Positions 28,275 through 37,979 of a stretch of 64,000 nt of DNA are shown here, in pieces. Position 1 is the first letter of the stretch; each line of letters opens with the position of its first letter. The stretch is from Gemmatimonadaceae bacterium. Its GTDB lineage: Bacteria; Gemmatimonadota; Gemmatimonadetes; Gemmatimonadales; Gemmatimonadaceae. The notes beneath the pieces are model-generated. The model searched no databases. It had not been told where the DNA came from and saw only the letters and a program-made list of their open reading frames with translations. The DNA is taken from positions 1-64,000 of the forward strand of contig JBHYGA010000006.1 in assembly GCA_051859245.1 (NCBI GenBank), in the 5' to 3' direction. A program made the position numbers and the translations under genes.

Positions 28275-30412
28275 GGGCGGGCAAACTTTGTCGATGTCGC
28301 AGCCGCCACGACCGCGATCTCGTTTTCCGTCGGCAGATCGGTTGTGTTACGACTGACCAACGGCTGCGGTTCGGCGCGTACAGGTGCGGCGCCGGCAATA
28401 ACGAGCACTGATCCCTTGCAGGCGCCAAGTATCGCGCGGAACCGCCGTGCTGCGGCGCTCAGGTCTAACGCGCTTAAATCGACGGCGCTTAAATCAATCG
28501 CCCGAGCGTCCGGCGCAGCGACGATCACCAGATCCACGTCTTGAGCAAGTCGTTCTAACTCGGTCAGGGAGACTCCCTCAGATGCTGTAGTGACCTGAAC
28601 GTGCGGTGATTTCGCGAGTCGTGCGACCACCACGTCGACCGCAGCGTCATTTGTTGAGTCCGTTCGACACATCAGAACGCGACGCACGTCGGTGAGACCG
28701 CGATCAATCAGCACTCCCGTAATTCCGGGAGGATTCGCAAGTACGGATGACACCGTGCCACCTAACTGACTTTCCAGCAGCAACGGTTTGTGGGCGCCAA
28801 GCAAGAGAATATCTGCTTGCTTCGCCTCCGCAGTTCGCACGATATCTTCGGCCGGGTCAATCGACACAAAGCTGAGCGATCGCACCTCCATCATCAGCTG
28901 TCCCGCGCGTGCGAGCAGCGGCGCAAGAATCGGATTGTTGCTTGCGTCAGTCGCATGGTGCTTTCTCTCCACCGATGGACGACCAGTCGATGATCGCAGG
29001 TGCAGCGCAAACACGCGCGACGGTTCGTCGCGCTGGGCAAGCAGTGCCGACGCCATCGTCACCAGCCCGGGGCCGGCCTTCGCGTCTGCGACGGCGATCA
29101 TCACGGTGCACTGCGGAACCAACGCCACGGCTTCACCCGATGCCCTCAGCACATTTCCAACAGGACGGTCGCGCGCAAACTCACGGTCTGGATAAATCCA
29201 TGCCAGCACCGGAGTCGTGGCAAACGTAGTCGCGAGCGCCATCAGCACCAACATGGTAAACAGCGTGGGAGAAATCACCCCCAGATCGAGGGCGATATTC
29301 AATACGATCAACTCCATGAGCCCACGCGTGTTCATGAGCACTCCGATCGCACATGCCTCGCGCCAACGCAGTCCTGTGATTCGCGCCGCGATCGCACTGC
29401 CACCAAACTTTCCGAGCGTTGCGATCAGGATGATTCCACCCGTGACCAACCAGTCCGTCGCACCGCTGATCAACCCAATCTCCGTGCGAAGTCCGCTGTA
29501 CGCGAAGAACAGCGGCAGCAGCATCATCACGGCGACGGTTTCAAGTCGGTCGGCGAGGCGTTCCGCGAGTCTGCCTTCCTTCGGCAGCACCGCGCCGAAC
29601 ATGAAGGCGCCGAACAGTGCGTGGATTCCAATGACTTCTGTAATTGCGCTACTGATCAGGAGCAGCAACAGCGCAATGGCCACGACTGTGGTGGGCAGCT
29701 CGTCGCTGCTCTCTGCGCGCGCCGCGAGTCGACCAAGAAACGGTCGAACCAGCCACACCATTACCGCGATGTAGGCGAGGGCAAATGCTGTCGTCCACAG
29801 CGCCTGCTCAATGCCACTCGATCGTGCCACCGCCACGACGAATGCGAGCAGACACCACGCCGTCACATCATCGACCGCGGCGCACGCAATCGCGATCGCG
29901 CCAACGCGCGAATGCAGCAGATTGCGTTCCGACAGGATTCGTGCCAGCACCGGAAACGCCGTGACACTCATGGCCACGCCCATGAACAGCGCGAACGCGA
30001 GCCACGACACGCCGCTCACGCCATAACCGTCATGCAGCCACCACGCGGCTCCGACCCCGAGCGCAAACGGCACCAGGATGCTGGTGTGGCTGATGATCAC
30101 CGATGCGTGTGCTTTGCCGCGCAGCAGTCGTGTGTCGAACTCAAGCCCGACGAGGAACATGAAGAGCACGAGCCCGATTTGGCTCAACATCTTCAGCACG
30201 TCGAGGGATGCTGCCGGGAACAGCGTGGCCATGCCTTGTGGCCAGAACAGCCCGAGCAACGAGGGGCCGAGCACAATCCCTGCGGTCACTTCGGCAATGA
30301 CCTGTGGCTGCCCGATCGCCGCAGCAGCGCGCCCAAGCAAGCGACAGACCAGCAGGATCACGGCGATCTGACACAGGAGCAGCGCGAGCGCGCTGATCTC
30401 AAGCTGTGGCAT
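28271..30412 (-). CDS. Cation:proton antiporter (CHX/KHA1-like CPA2) with C-terminal USP-like domains
   Basis: QPQVIAEV, LFMFLVGLE, SVTAFPVLARIL, AAVDDVTAW, PLFFAYSGLRT, MNTRGLMELI; GGAGG SD. Confidence 0.92.
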   Translation of the reverse strand: MPQLEISALALLLCQIAVILLVCRLLGRAAAAIGQPQVIAEVTAGIVLGPSLLGLFWPQGMATLFPAASLDVLKMLSQIGLVLFMFLVGLEFDTRLLRGKAHASVIISHTSILVPFALGVGAAWWLHDGYGVSGVSWLAFALFMGVAMSVTAFPVLARILSERNLLHSRVGAIAIACAAVDDVTAWCLLAFVVAVARSSGIEQALWTTAFALAYIAVMVWLVRPFLGRLAARAESSDELPTTVVAIALLLLLISSAITEVIGIHALFGAFMFGAVLPKEGRLAERLADRLETVAVMMLLPLFFAYSGLRTEIGLISGATDWLVTGGIILIATLGKFGGSAIAARITGLRWREACAIGVLMNTRGLMELIVLNIALDLGVISPTLFTMLVLMALATTFATTPVLAWIYPDREFARDRPVGNVLRASGEAVALVPQCTVMIAVADAKAGPGLVTMASALLAQRDEPSRVFALHLRSSTGRPSVERKHHATDASNNPILAPLLARAGQLMMEVRSLSFVSIDPAEDIVRTAEAKQADILLLGAHKPLLLESQLGGTVSSVLANPPGITGVLIDRGLTDVRRVLMCRTDSTNDAAVDVVVARLAKSPHVQVTTASEGVSLTELERLAQDVDLVIVAAPDARAIDLSAVDLSALDLSAAARRFRAILGACKGSVLVIAGAAPVRAEPQPLVSRNTTDLPTENEIAVVAAATSTKFARP

Positions 30413-30541
30413 GGTCGTCTCCTCCGATTAAGCGGCAGGACAGGTCGATCACGCCAACGCGGATCGCTTACGGAGCGAAGCCGAATGGTGGAGTGTTAAC
30501 CCGTTACTTAACGAATGAGTAGCCGCCTGCTAGCCGGAGTG

Positions 30542-31942
30542 TCAAGCGTCGGAGATAATCGGCTGTGGCGCTCGTCGCTTGGGTGGCTTGCGCAGCAACA
30601 GCAACCAGCCAAGCAATCCTGCCACCAACGAACCGGCAAGGATGCCGAGCTTCGCGGCTTCAAGCTTGGAGCCTTCGCCAAAGGCGAGTGCGGCAATGAA
30701 CAACGCCATCGTGAAGCCAATGCCGCCGAGTGCTCCCATGCCTGCCACGTGTCGCCAGTCGGCGCCCGAGGGAAGATCGGCGATCCGTGTGCGCACGGCG
30801 ATCCATGAAAACAGCAGGATGCCAACGGGTTTGCCGACTACGAGGCCAAAAAAGATGCCAAGCACGGCGCGATCGACGAGAGCGCCCGACATCTCACCGC
30901 CGAACGCGACGCCAGCGTTGGCCAACGCAAAAATTGGCATGATAAAAAACGCCACGACGCCGTGCAGTTTGTTTTCGAGTCGAAGCAGCGGCGATTGTGC
31001 GCGGCGCGTGGTGTCTTCGAGCGCGAAAATCGGTTCCTGGTGACGCTGTGTGGTGCTGAATTCTTCCGGGTCGTTTTCGCAGGCCTTGTCGAACTCGTTC
31101 AAGTGCGACCGCGCCTCTTGCACGAACTCTTCACCATCAATGCGTGTGCTGGCGGGAATCGTCAGTGCGAGCAGCACACCGGCGATGGTCGCGTGCACAC
31201 CACTCTTGAGAAAGGCCACCCAGAGGATTGCGCCGAGCAGGAAGTACGGAATTGATGAACGCACGCCGGCCACATTGAGACCAACGAGTAATGCCATGAC
31301 GCCGGCCGCAACGAGCAGCGCGGTGGCTTGAATGGATGCGGTGTAGAAGAGCGCAATGACCAGTACGGCGCCGATGTCGTCCACAATGGCGAGCGCAGCA
31401 AGAAAAATCTTGAGCGATGTTGGGACGCGCGATCCGAGCATGGCCGCGATGCCGAGCGCGAACGCGATATCGGTGGCCATGGGAACGCCCCATCCACGAA
31501 CATCCGGCGTGCCGGCCGAAAAAAGAACGAAGACTAGCGCGGGCACGACCATGCCACCGAGTGCTGCGATCAGAGGCAACGCCGCCTGGCGCACCGAGGC
31601 CAGCTCGCCGACCAGGACCTCGCGTTTGATTTCCAGCCCCACCACAAAGAAGAACACGGCCATCAGACCGTCGTTAATCCAGTGGTGCAGTGTTTCGGTC
31701 AGTCCAAACCCGGGGGTGCCAATGGTGACCGGCAACTCCCACAAATGGTGGTACGAGTCGCCCCAGACTGAGTTGGCCCAGACAAGCGCCAACACGGCAT
31801 TAAAGAGCAGGACAATTCCGCCCGCCGCCTCGGCATGGGCGAATCGCTGAAACGGTGCCAGAACCCGCTCAACGAGCGGCTCCGGGTTGGACGGGGTTTC
31901 AGGATGGCGTGTGGACAGCTCCGACGACTGCGGGACCGTCAC
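30542..31942 (-). CDS. nhaA: Na+/H+ antiporter NhaA
   Basis: WINDGLMAVFF, GLEIKRE, MATDIAFA, LAIVDD, SGVHATIAG, FALANAG, GKPVG, GIGFTMALFI. Confidence 0.97.
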   Translation of the reverse strand: MTVPQSSELSTRHPETPSNPEPLVERVLAPFQRFAHAEAAGGIVLLFNAVLALVWANSVWGDSYHHLWELPVTIGTPGFGLTETLHHWINDGLMAVFFFVVGLEIKREVLVGELASVRQAALPLIAALGGMVVPALVFVLFSAGTPDVRGWGVPMATDIAFALGIAAMLGSRVPTSLKIFLAALAIVDDIGAVLVIALFYTASIQATALLVAAGVMALLVGLNVAGVRSSIPYFLLGAILWVAFLKSGVHATIAGVLLALTIPASTRIDGEEFVQEARSHLNEFDKACENDPEEFSTTQRHQEPIFALEDTTRRAQSPLLRLENKLHGVVAFFIMPIFALANAGVAFGGEMSGALVDRAVLGIFFGLVVGKPVGILLFSWIAVRTRIADLPSGADWRHVAGMGALGGIGFTMALFIAALAFGEGSKLEAAKLGILAGSLVAGLLGWLLLLRKPPKRRAPQPIISDA

Positions 31943-32018
31943 GAGACCACAAGTGGAGACGTGAACGTAGGCATCGTGTGTTCATGAAATGGGACCGACG
32001 CGCGGTCGCGGACCTGCG

Positions 32019-32092
32019 GCATGGCGCGAGGCGATGGCCGTCGATACCAGCAATATGGCGACTGGTTCCGTTCATCTGGAACCCAGCCATGC
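32019..32092 (-). ncRNA. Candidate structured 5' leader of nhaA (possible nhaA-type monovalent-cation riboswitch)
   Basis: Outer stem GCAUGGC/GCCAUGC enclosing hairpins GGUUCC/GGAACC and GUCG..CGAC with loop UUGCUGGU able to pair with downstream GCCA; ends ~77 nt before nhaA start. Confidence 0.45.
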
Positions 32093-32300
32093 AAACGGTG
32101 ACCGAACTCTGACGACTGCCGTCGTACAGATGCGAGCGGAAACGGAACGTGCGACTATTCTGGGCGTACAGCGATACAGTGTAATGCTGCCCCGTTGACT
32201 GATCGGAGATTTTGGTGACAAAGGACGAGACGCGACACAGGGTTCCTCGACAGTTGTGCGACAGCAAGGTCGCGCAGCGGGAGCTTGTCGCGTGACGTCG

Positions 32301-34346
32301 ATGCGATCGGTCTGGTGGCGCGTGGCGGGCATGAGCGCCGTGTTGGCGGCGTTTGCAGGTGGCATGTGGCTCGGCGAGCGGCGCGAGCAGTCGCGCCAGC
32401 CCTGGGCGCGCGAACGGCTGCTGTCCACGGCGCTCGATTCGGTGCGGGTCAACTACCTCGACTCCTTGCCGGAAGGTGAGTTGATGCGCCGTGCGGTGAG
32501 TGGCATGCTGCGCGAACTCCACGACCCGTATGCCGCCTTGCTCGAAAGCAGCGGTGCGTCGACGTACCGCGGCACACTGCGTGGCGAAAGTCAGGGGCTT
32601 GGCCTGCTGCTGCGGCTGCGCGGGCAGTCGGTGGTGGTGCGACGTGTGGTGCCCGGATCGCCGGCCGCGCTGGCAGGCGTTCGGTCAGGTGACGTGGTGG
32701 TGGCGGTCGATGGCCGAAAGGCCAACGAGGCCTGGAGTTCGCCCCGCCCCGAAATGACCTCGGATTCCGCCGGCGCGCGGTCGGCAGAAATGTTGAGCCT
32801 CGACATCGTACGATTTGCCGCACGAGACACGGTCACTGTTGGTATAGTGCCATCTTCATGGCGTGCTTCTGCTGTTACAGACGTGTCGATGATTCTGCCC
32901 ACGGTTGGCTTCGTCACGCTGGCGTCCTGTTCTACCGGCTCCACAGAGGCGCTCGAGGAGGCGGTTGAAGGACTGATCGACCGCGGCGCCAAATCGCTCG
33001 TGCTTGATTTGCGCGGCAACATGGGCGGGCTGTACGAGGAAGGGGTCAAAGCGGCGTCGCTGTTCCTGTCGCGTGGCGATCTGGTGGCTTCGCTGGACCG
33101 GCGCGGCAGCGCGGATCGTCAGGAACAGAGCGCCCGCCACACGCGCTGGCCCAACCTTCCGCTCGTCGTGCTCGTTGATGCAAACACCGCCAGCTCGGCC
33201 GAGCTGATCGCCGCGGCGCTGCGCGATCATGGACGCGCACTGCTTGTAGGCGACCACACCTACGGCAAAGGCTTCGTACAGCGGGTGGTCAACATCAATC
33301 CGGAACTGTCGCTGCGACTGACGACGGCGCGCTGGCTGTCGCCCGCTGGTACAGCGCTCACGCGTCGTGAGGAAAAGGGAGGGGTGGTGACAGGGGGGCT
33401 GGCGCCAGACATCAAGGTATGGCCCGCCGCTCGCATTGACCCATCGGCAGTACCTGCATCGTTGTCGCCGGTGATGGCTCGCACGTTGAGCGAGGCCGTG
33501 GATGCGGTGGTGGTGCAAGCCATGCTCGATGGGTCGAGCAACGCGCCGCTCCCATTGCTTGAGCGTCGTTTGCGCGACTCTCTGACCTCGGTGCTCTCGC
33601 GTTCGGAGTTGTCCACCGAACGACGCGAAGCGCTGCTCGGCGACGGCACGCGGGTGGCTGTGCGTCGGCTGCTGGAAATGTCCCGCGGCGAAGACGCGTT
33701 GTGGCAGTACGCAGCGCTCGACGATCCGGCGTTGCGCGCCGCGATCGATGTGGTCGCACCGGGCCGATTGACGCCGGCTGGCTTCGAGAATCCGCGTTCA
33801 ATCGCGGGTGACAGTGGCGCCGCGCAGGGCGATAGCCTGCTGGTTGCGCGTCTCTCGCAGTGGACCCTTCGGCGATACGCCGAGAGCGAAGTGATCTCGC
33901 CTGACAGCATTGCGCAGGCCCGGGCCGCCGGGCGCGAGTCGCCGTCGTCGGCGCGCATCATGGGGATTGTTGGCAACACGACACGTGACACCGTCATGGC
34001 CGTGCACTTCGGGGATCTCCCGTTCGCGCCGCCGCATGCGGCCGGTCGGCGGGTGCTGCTTGAGGATCCATCGGGCAACATGACCACGCTGGAGGCGCAG
34101 GTTCTGGCGCGCATCCCGGTGCGAGCGCCGGTGGCGCCGATCCGTAGCTCGGATCGTGGTGTTCGCTGGCGACACGGGTGGGCGTATCTCGTGGTGCTGC
34201 CTGAAAAGAGCGCCGCGGTACACGCGGGCGGTTATCCAGGGTGGCGCCTCGGTCCGCCACCTCGTGTGGCCACGCGGCCTCGGGCGAGAAGTTCGACGCG
34301 TTCGCGCGCCGCGAGCGAGCCGGTCGTGCGCGACAGTTCTCGCTAG
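32301..34346 (+). CDS. S41 carboxy-terminal processing protease with PDZ domain and C-terminal extension
   Basis: LHDPY, PGSPAALAGVRSGD, LDLRGNMGG, TASSAE (Ser), TYGKG (Lys), LRLTTARW. Confidence 0.9.
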   Translation: MRSVWWRVAGMSAVLAAFAGGMWLGERREQSRQPWARERLLSTALDSVRVNYLDSLPEGELMRRAVSGMLRELHDPYAALLESSGASTYRGTLRGESQGLGLLLRLRGQSVVVRRVVPGSPAALAGVRSGDVVVAVDGRKANEAWSSPRPEMTSDSAGARSAEMLSLDIVRFAARDTVTVGIVPSSWRASAVTDVSMILPTVGFVTLASCSTGSTEALEEAVEGLIDRGAKSLVLDLRGNMGGLYEEGVKAASLFLSRGDLVASLDRRGSADRQEQSARHTRWPNLPLVVLVDANTASSAELIAAALRDHGRALLVGDHTYGKGFVQRVVNINPELSLRLTTARWLSPAGTALTRREEKGGVVTGGLAPDIKVWPAARIDPSAVPASLSPVMARTLSEAVDAVVVQAMLDGSSNAPLPLLERRLRDSLTSVLSRSELSTERREALLGDGTRVAVRRLLEMSRGEDALWQYAALDDPALRAAIDVVAPGRLTPAGFENPRSIAGDSGAAQGDSLLVARLSQWTLRRYAESEVISPDSIAQARAAGRESPSSARIMGIVGNTTRDTVMAVHFGDLPFAPPHAAGRRVLLEDPSGNMTTLEAQVLARIPVRAPVAPIRSSDRGVRWRHGWAYLVVLPEKSAAVHAGGYPGWRLGPPPRVATRPRARSSTRSRAASEPVVRDSSR

Positions 34347-34380
34347 GAGTCCGGTGTTCGCATTGTCGCGTGTGAAATCA

Positions 34381-36501
34381 ATGTCCCGTCTCGGTCGCCG
34401 TGCGGCCGTGCTCTCCGCACTCTTGCTGCTGCATGCGCCAGTCGCATTCGCGCAGCAAGCGGGGGATAGTACGCCGATGAAGCGGGGCGACACATGGAAT
34501 GATTCGGTCGCCCTTGCACGGGTCGCGAGCGCGATTGATCGCCGCGGTGTGCAACTCGCCGACAGCACGCTCGTGGACTATCAGGCGACCGCGCGCGGTT
34601 TTCTGGCGTTCCTTGCGCAGTTGGGCGAAGATTTTGCGGATCCGCCGCGTGTGGTGCAAACCGAGCAACTCGCACTGCGTGTGTCATGGTGGCAACCGGG
34701 ACGCAGCGCGCAACAACTCGTTGGCCGACGTGACACCACGTTGATGCCCGCCAGTGTGGGATACTATCGAGACCGCTACGGCGTGGTGCTCGACAACTTG
34801 CCGGATCGCATTCGACTTGGTGACGGATTTGATGTTGCCGATGTCCCGCATCCGCTCGCGCAAGGTGCCGACAGTCTGTACGAATATCGGCGCGGCGAAT
34901 CGTTCTCCATGCGCTTGCCCGATCGATCCGTCATTGTGCAGGAAGTGCAGTTCAGACCACGCGATCCAGCGAAGGCGCGTGCCGTTGGCAGCGTGTATCT
35001 CGATATTGAAACGTCGGCGGTCGTGCGGTTGCAACTCACGTTCACGCGCGCGGCAATTCTGGATCGGCGCATTGAAACGTTGGTGGTCACGCTCGAGAAC
35101 AGTCTGGTGCGCGGACGCTACTGGTTGCCGCGCCGACAGGAAGTGGAAGTGGTGCGACGCAGCACGTGGATGGATGTCCCGGCGCGCGGCATTGTGCGCG
35201 GTCATTGGGAAGTGTCGCAGTACACGGTCAATGAAGGTGTCGACGCGCTCACGCTCATTCTGCCAAAGTGGAGCAGTCTGTCACGTGATTCGCTTGAGAA
35301 GTGGGCGTTTGAGGGCGAAGTCGTAAACGTGTTGCCGCCGGATATGCTCGTCGCGCGCGATGCTGATGTACGTGACGCGCAGCTGCGCGCAGAAACGGCA
35401 TTGCGCTCAGCGGCATTGTCTCGACCCATGACGCTGGCGGCGGCAGGCCGCGGTGTCTCAGACGCGGTGCGCTATTCTCGCGCTGAAGGATTGGGGCTGG
35501 GATTTGGGTTGGCGCATCGTTGGCCGCAAGCGATCACACTGAGCGGTCGTCTGCGCTACGGCGTGGACGACGTATCGGCCAAGGGTCGTATCAGTCTGGA
35601 CAAACGTCCGGCACTTGGCGGCGCACCGATTGTTGAACTGTTTGCGGAACGACAGTATCGAGAGCTCGGCACACCGGAACGCGCGGGCGTGACCAACTCG
35701 TTCGCATCGCTGTTCTTTGGCAGCGACTACACATCGCCCGTAGATCTTCGCGCGATTGGCGTGCAGTGGCGACCGGGTAACGCGCGACACTGGTCGCTGC
35801 GCGCAGCCTACGAAGATGAACGTGCACTGGAGCTTGTGGCGCGTCCTCTCTCGGGAACGTTCGCCCCGATCAAGCCGGCGTGGTCGTTGCAAGGCGTGCG
35901 CGCCGACCTGGCACGCACGGGTCGTTTTGGTGAGACGGGCTTTCGAAACGGCTCGTGGACATGGCGTGCCATTGGATCGTCTGCGTCCGGTCGCGATGAA
36001 CGCGATGTCATCGTGCGCCCGCTCGCGTTGCGACTTGAAGCCGACGCATTCATGCAGTGGCCGTTGTCCAATGGCGGATTGATCGTTGCCAGCACGCTGC
36101 TGGGTACATCGATTGGCGGCGGTTTGCCACCGCAGTGGCTGCAGTACGCGGGTGGTCCGCGTTCAGGTCCCGGGTACGGGTTCCACGATTTTGTCGGGCG
36201 TGCGATGGCGTCACCGCACCTTGAGTGGCGCATACCCGTGCCGTTCCCGTCGTTACCACTGGGGAAATACGGCGCCTCGCCGTCGCGAATTCTGTTAGCG
36301 CCGTTTGCGCACGCCGTACTGCTGCACGGTGCGGATCCGAGCCCCACCGTGTCGCGCTATCAGGATGGTGTGTATCCGGCGGTCGGTCTCGGTGCCCTGT
36401 TGTTTTACGACTTGCTGCGCGTGGACGTCTCGCGCGGTCTGCACCGCGGCACGTGGCGCTTTGCGATCGATGTGGATCGTGCGTTCTGGGGCATTCTGTA
36501 G
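34381..36501 (+). CDS. Exported hypothetical protein, probable outer-membrane beta-barrel
   Basis: Signal peptide (AFA-Q), beta-rich C-half ending LLRVDVSRGL...WRFAIDV. Confidence 0.75.
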   Translation: MSRLGRRAAVLSALLLLHAPVAFAQQAGDSTPMKRGDTWNDSVALARVASAIDRRGVQLADSTLVDYQATARGFLAFLAQLGEDFADPPRVVQTEQLALRVSWWQPGRSAQQLVGRRDTTLMPASVGYYRDRYGVVLDNLPDRIRLGDGFDVADVPHPLAQGADSLYEYRRGESFSMRLPDRSVIVQEVQFRPRDPAKARAVGSVYLDIETSAVVRLQLTFTRAAILDRRIETLVVTLENSLVRGRYWLPRRQEVEVVRRSTWMDVPARGIVRGHWEVSQYTVNEGVDALTLILPKWSSLSRDSLEKWAFEGEVVNVLPPDMLVARDADVRDAQLRAETALRSAALSRPMTLAAAGRGVSDAVRYSRAEGLGLGFGLAHRWPQAITLSGRLRYGVDDVSAKGRISLDKRPALGGAPIVELFAERQYRELGTPERAGVTNSFASLFFGSDYTSPVDLRAIGVQWRPGNARHWSLRAAYEDERALELVARPLSGTFAPIKPAWSLQGVRADLARTGRFGETGFRNGSWTWRAIGSSASGRDERDVIVRPLALRLEADAFMQWPLSNGGLIVASTLLGTSIGGGLPPQWLQYAGGPRSGPGYGFHDFVGRAMASPHLEWRIPVPFPSLPLGKYGASPSRILLAPFAHAVLLHGADPSPTVSRYQDGVYPAVGLGALLFYDLLRVDVSRGLHRGTWRFAIDVDRAFWGIL

Positions 36502-36561
36502 GGCCGCTGATGTAATTTGTGCGACGTGCGTTACGCTCCCACGCCTTTCGCCCATCATCGC

Positions 36562-37176
36562 ATGCCCAAGTCATCGCCCGCGAAAACGTACGATCAAAAG
36601 TACTTCGAGAAATGGTATCGCGACCCGGTGCATCGGGTGCGTACGCCAGTGGAGTTTGCTCGACAGGTCGACTTCGCGCTGCATATGACAGAATGGGTGC
36701 TGCAACGTCGCGTGACGAGCGTGCTCGATGTGGGATGTGGCGAAGGGCAATGGGGTGTGGCGCTGCGCAAGCGTCGTCCGAAGTTGCATTACGTTGGTGT
36801 GGACCCGAGCAACTGGGCGGTGGAGACACACGGTGCGCGTCGAGGCGTTCGCTTGGGTGGGATCACGGATCTGGATGCCGTGCTCGATCCCGACGCGCAG
36901 TTTGACCTTGTACTGTGCGTTGGCATGCTCAACTATCTCGACGCGGCCACACTGCGTGTGGGACTACGTCAGGTAGCGCGCCGTACAGCGGGTGTCGCGT
37001 ATCTCGAGATTTTCGCGCACGGCGATGAATATGTGGGTGATACGGCGTGGCCCAAACCGAAGCCCGCCGCGTGGTATCGCACCACGTTGCAGAGCGCTGG
37101 ATTTATCCCGCTTGGGATGCAGTGTTACGTGACGCGTGCCGAAGCGGATCGGCTTTCGGCGATGGAGCGCGGATAG
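36562..37176 (+). CDS. Class I SAM-dependent methyltransferase
   Basis: VLDVGCGEG, VGVDPS, FDLVLC. Confidence 0.9.
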   Translation: MPKSSPAKTYDQKYFEKWYRDPVHRVRTPVEFARQVDFALHMTEWVLQRRVTSVLDVGCGEGQWGVALRKRRPKLHYVGVDPSNWAVETHGARRGVRLGGITDLDAVLDPDAQFDLVLCVGMLNYLDAATLRVGLRQVARRTAGVAYLEIFAHGDEYVGDTAWPKPKPAAWYRTTLQSAGFIPLGMQCYVTRAEADRLSAMERG

Positions 37177-37230
37177 GCGACGCGATGTTCTTCGGCGGCG
37201 TTGGCGTTGGCGTTGTGCCGATGTGGCGTG

Positions 37231-37256
37231 CGAAACCCTCGCATCGTACGAGCGTA
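37231..37256 (+). promoter_or_regulatory. ECF-type promoter
   Basis: CGAAAC-N16-CGTA, close to the SigW-type TGAAAC-N16-CGTA layout, ~45 nt before the ATG at 37300. Confidence 0.5.
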
Positions 37257-37299
37257 GGAGTGGAGGACGGACGTTCACTACACTCCCGGAGATCGTGTC

Positions 37300-37932
37300 A
37301 TGCGATGGTCAAGTCTGAATCGCGCCGCTCTTGCTGCGACGCTATTGCTCGTTACCGCCACGAGTCAGGCGCAGGCGCAACGTGAAGAAACACTGATCGG
37401 GCGCCGCGGTGGCACCAGCTACGGTGGATTCGGCGGTCCTGTCGTGAAGATCGGGCGAATCGCGGGTGAAGACGCCGTGTTCTCTGGCGGGCGCGGCGGT
37501 TTGATCATCAATCACAAGTTCGTGATCGGTTTTGGCGGTTACTCACTCGCGAGGGAGAATGTGCGGACCGGCTTTGCGTTCTCCAACGGAGACGAGCCCG
37601 CGCTCGGCCTCGACTACGGCGGTCTGGAGTTCGAATACGTTTTTCGTCCCTTCCGCCTTGTGCACGTCACCACTCACATGACGCTCGGCGGCGGAGAGGC
37701 CACGTACGAAACGCGCCGAGAGGTGGATGGCGCGACATCAACGCAGCGACTGGCGTCAGAGGTGTTTGTGCTGGAGCCTGCCCTCAACGCTGAAGTGAAC
37801 ATCACGTCGTGGTTCCGCATGGGACTGGGTGCCGGCTATCGATACGTCGACGGTAGCGACCTCCCGCGCGCGAACGACGGGGCGCTGAGCGGCGCGGTGG
37901 GTACGCTGACGTTCAAGTTCGGCAGCTTCTAG
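37300..37932 (+). CDS. Small outer-membrane beta-barrel protein
   Basis: Signal peptide, Gly/aromatic beta strands (GGFGGP, YGGLEFEY, GAGYRYV), ends KFGSF. Confidence 0.8.
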   Translation: MRWSSLNRAALAATLLLVTATSQAQAQREETLIGRRGGTSYGGFGGPVVKIGRIAGEDAVFSGGRGGLIINHKFVIGFGGYSLARENVRTGFAFSNGDEPALGLDYGGLEFEYVFRPFRLVHVTTHMTLGGGEATYETRREVDGATSTQRLASEVFVLEPALNAEVNITSWFRMGLGAGYRYVDGSDLPRANDGALSGAVGTLTFKFGSF

Positions 37933-37979
37933 TCCGCGCGGTGCTCGCGCGGCGCGTGTTTGCGCGCTACGTATAGGAG

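Noticed and set aside
28455..28500. Three 15-nt repeats encoding IDLSA-VDLSA-LDLSA in the antiporter tail
   Set aside because: Small in-frame tandem duplication with no evident functional signal
32215..32263. Repeated GTGACA/GCGACA/TCGACA hexamers upstream of the S41 gene
   Set aside because: Irregular spacing (17, 15, 11 nt); indistinguishable from chance
31899..32522. 207-aa ORF across the nhaA/S41 divergent region
   Set aside because: Overlaps both real genes and has no recognisable motif
37197..37215. (GGCGTT)x3 microsatellite
   Set aside because: Too short and intergenic to argue for phase variation
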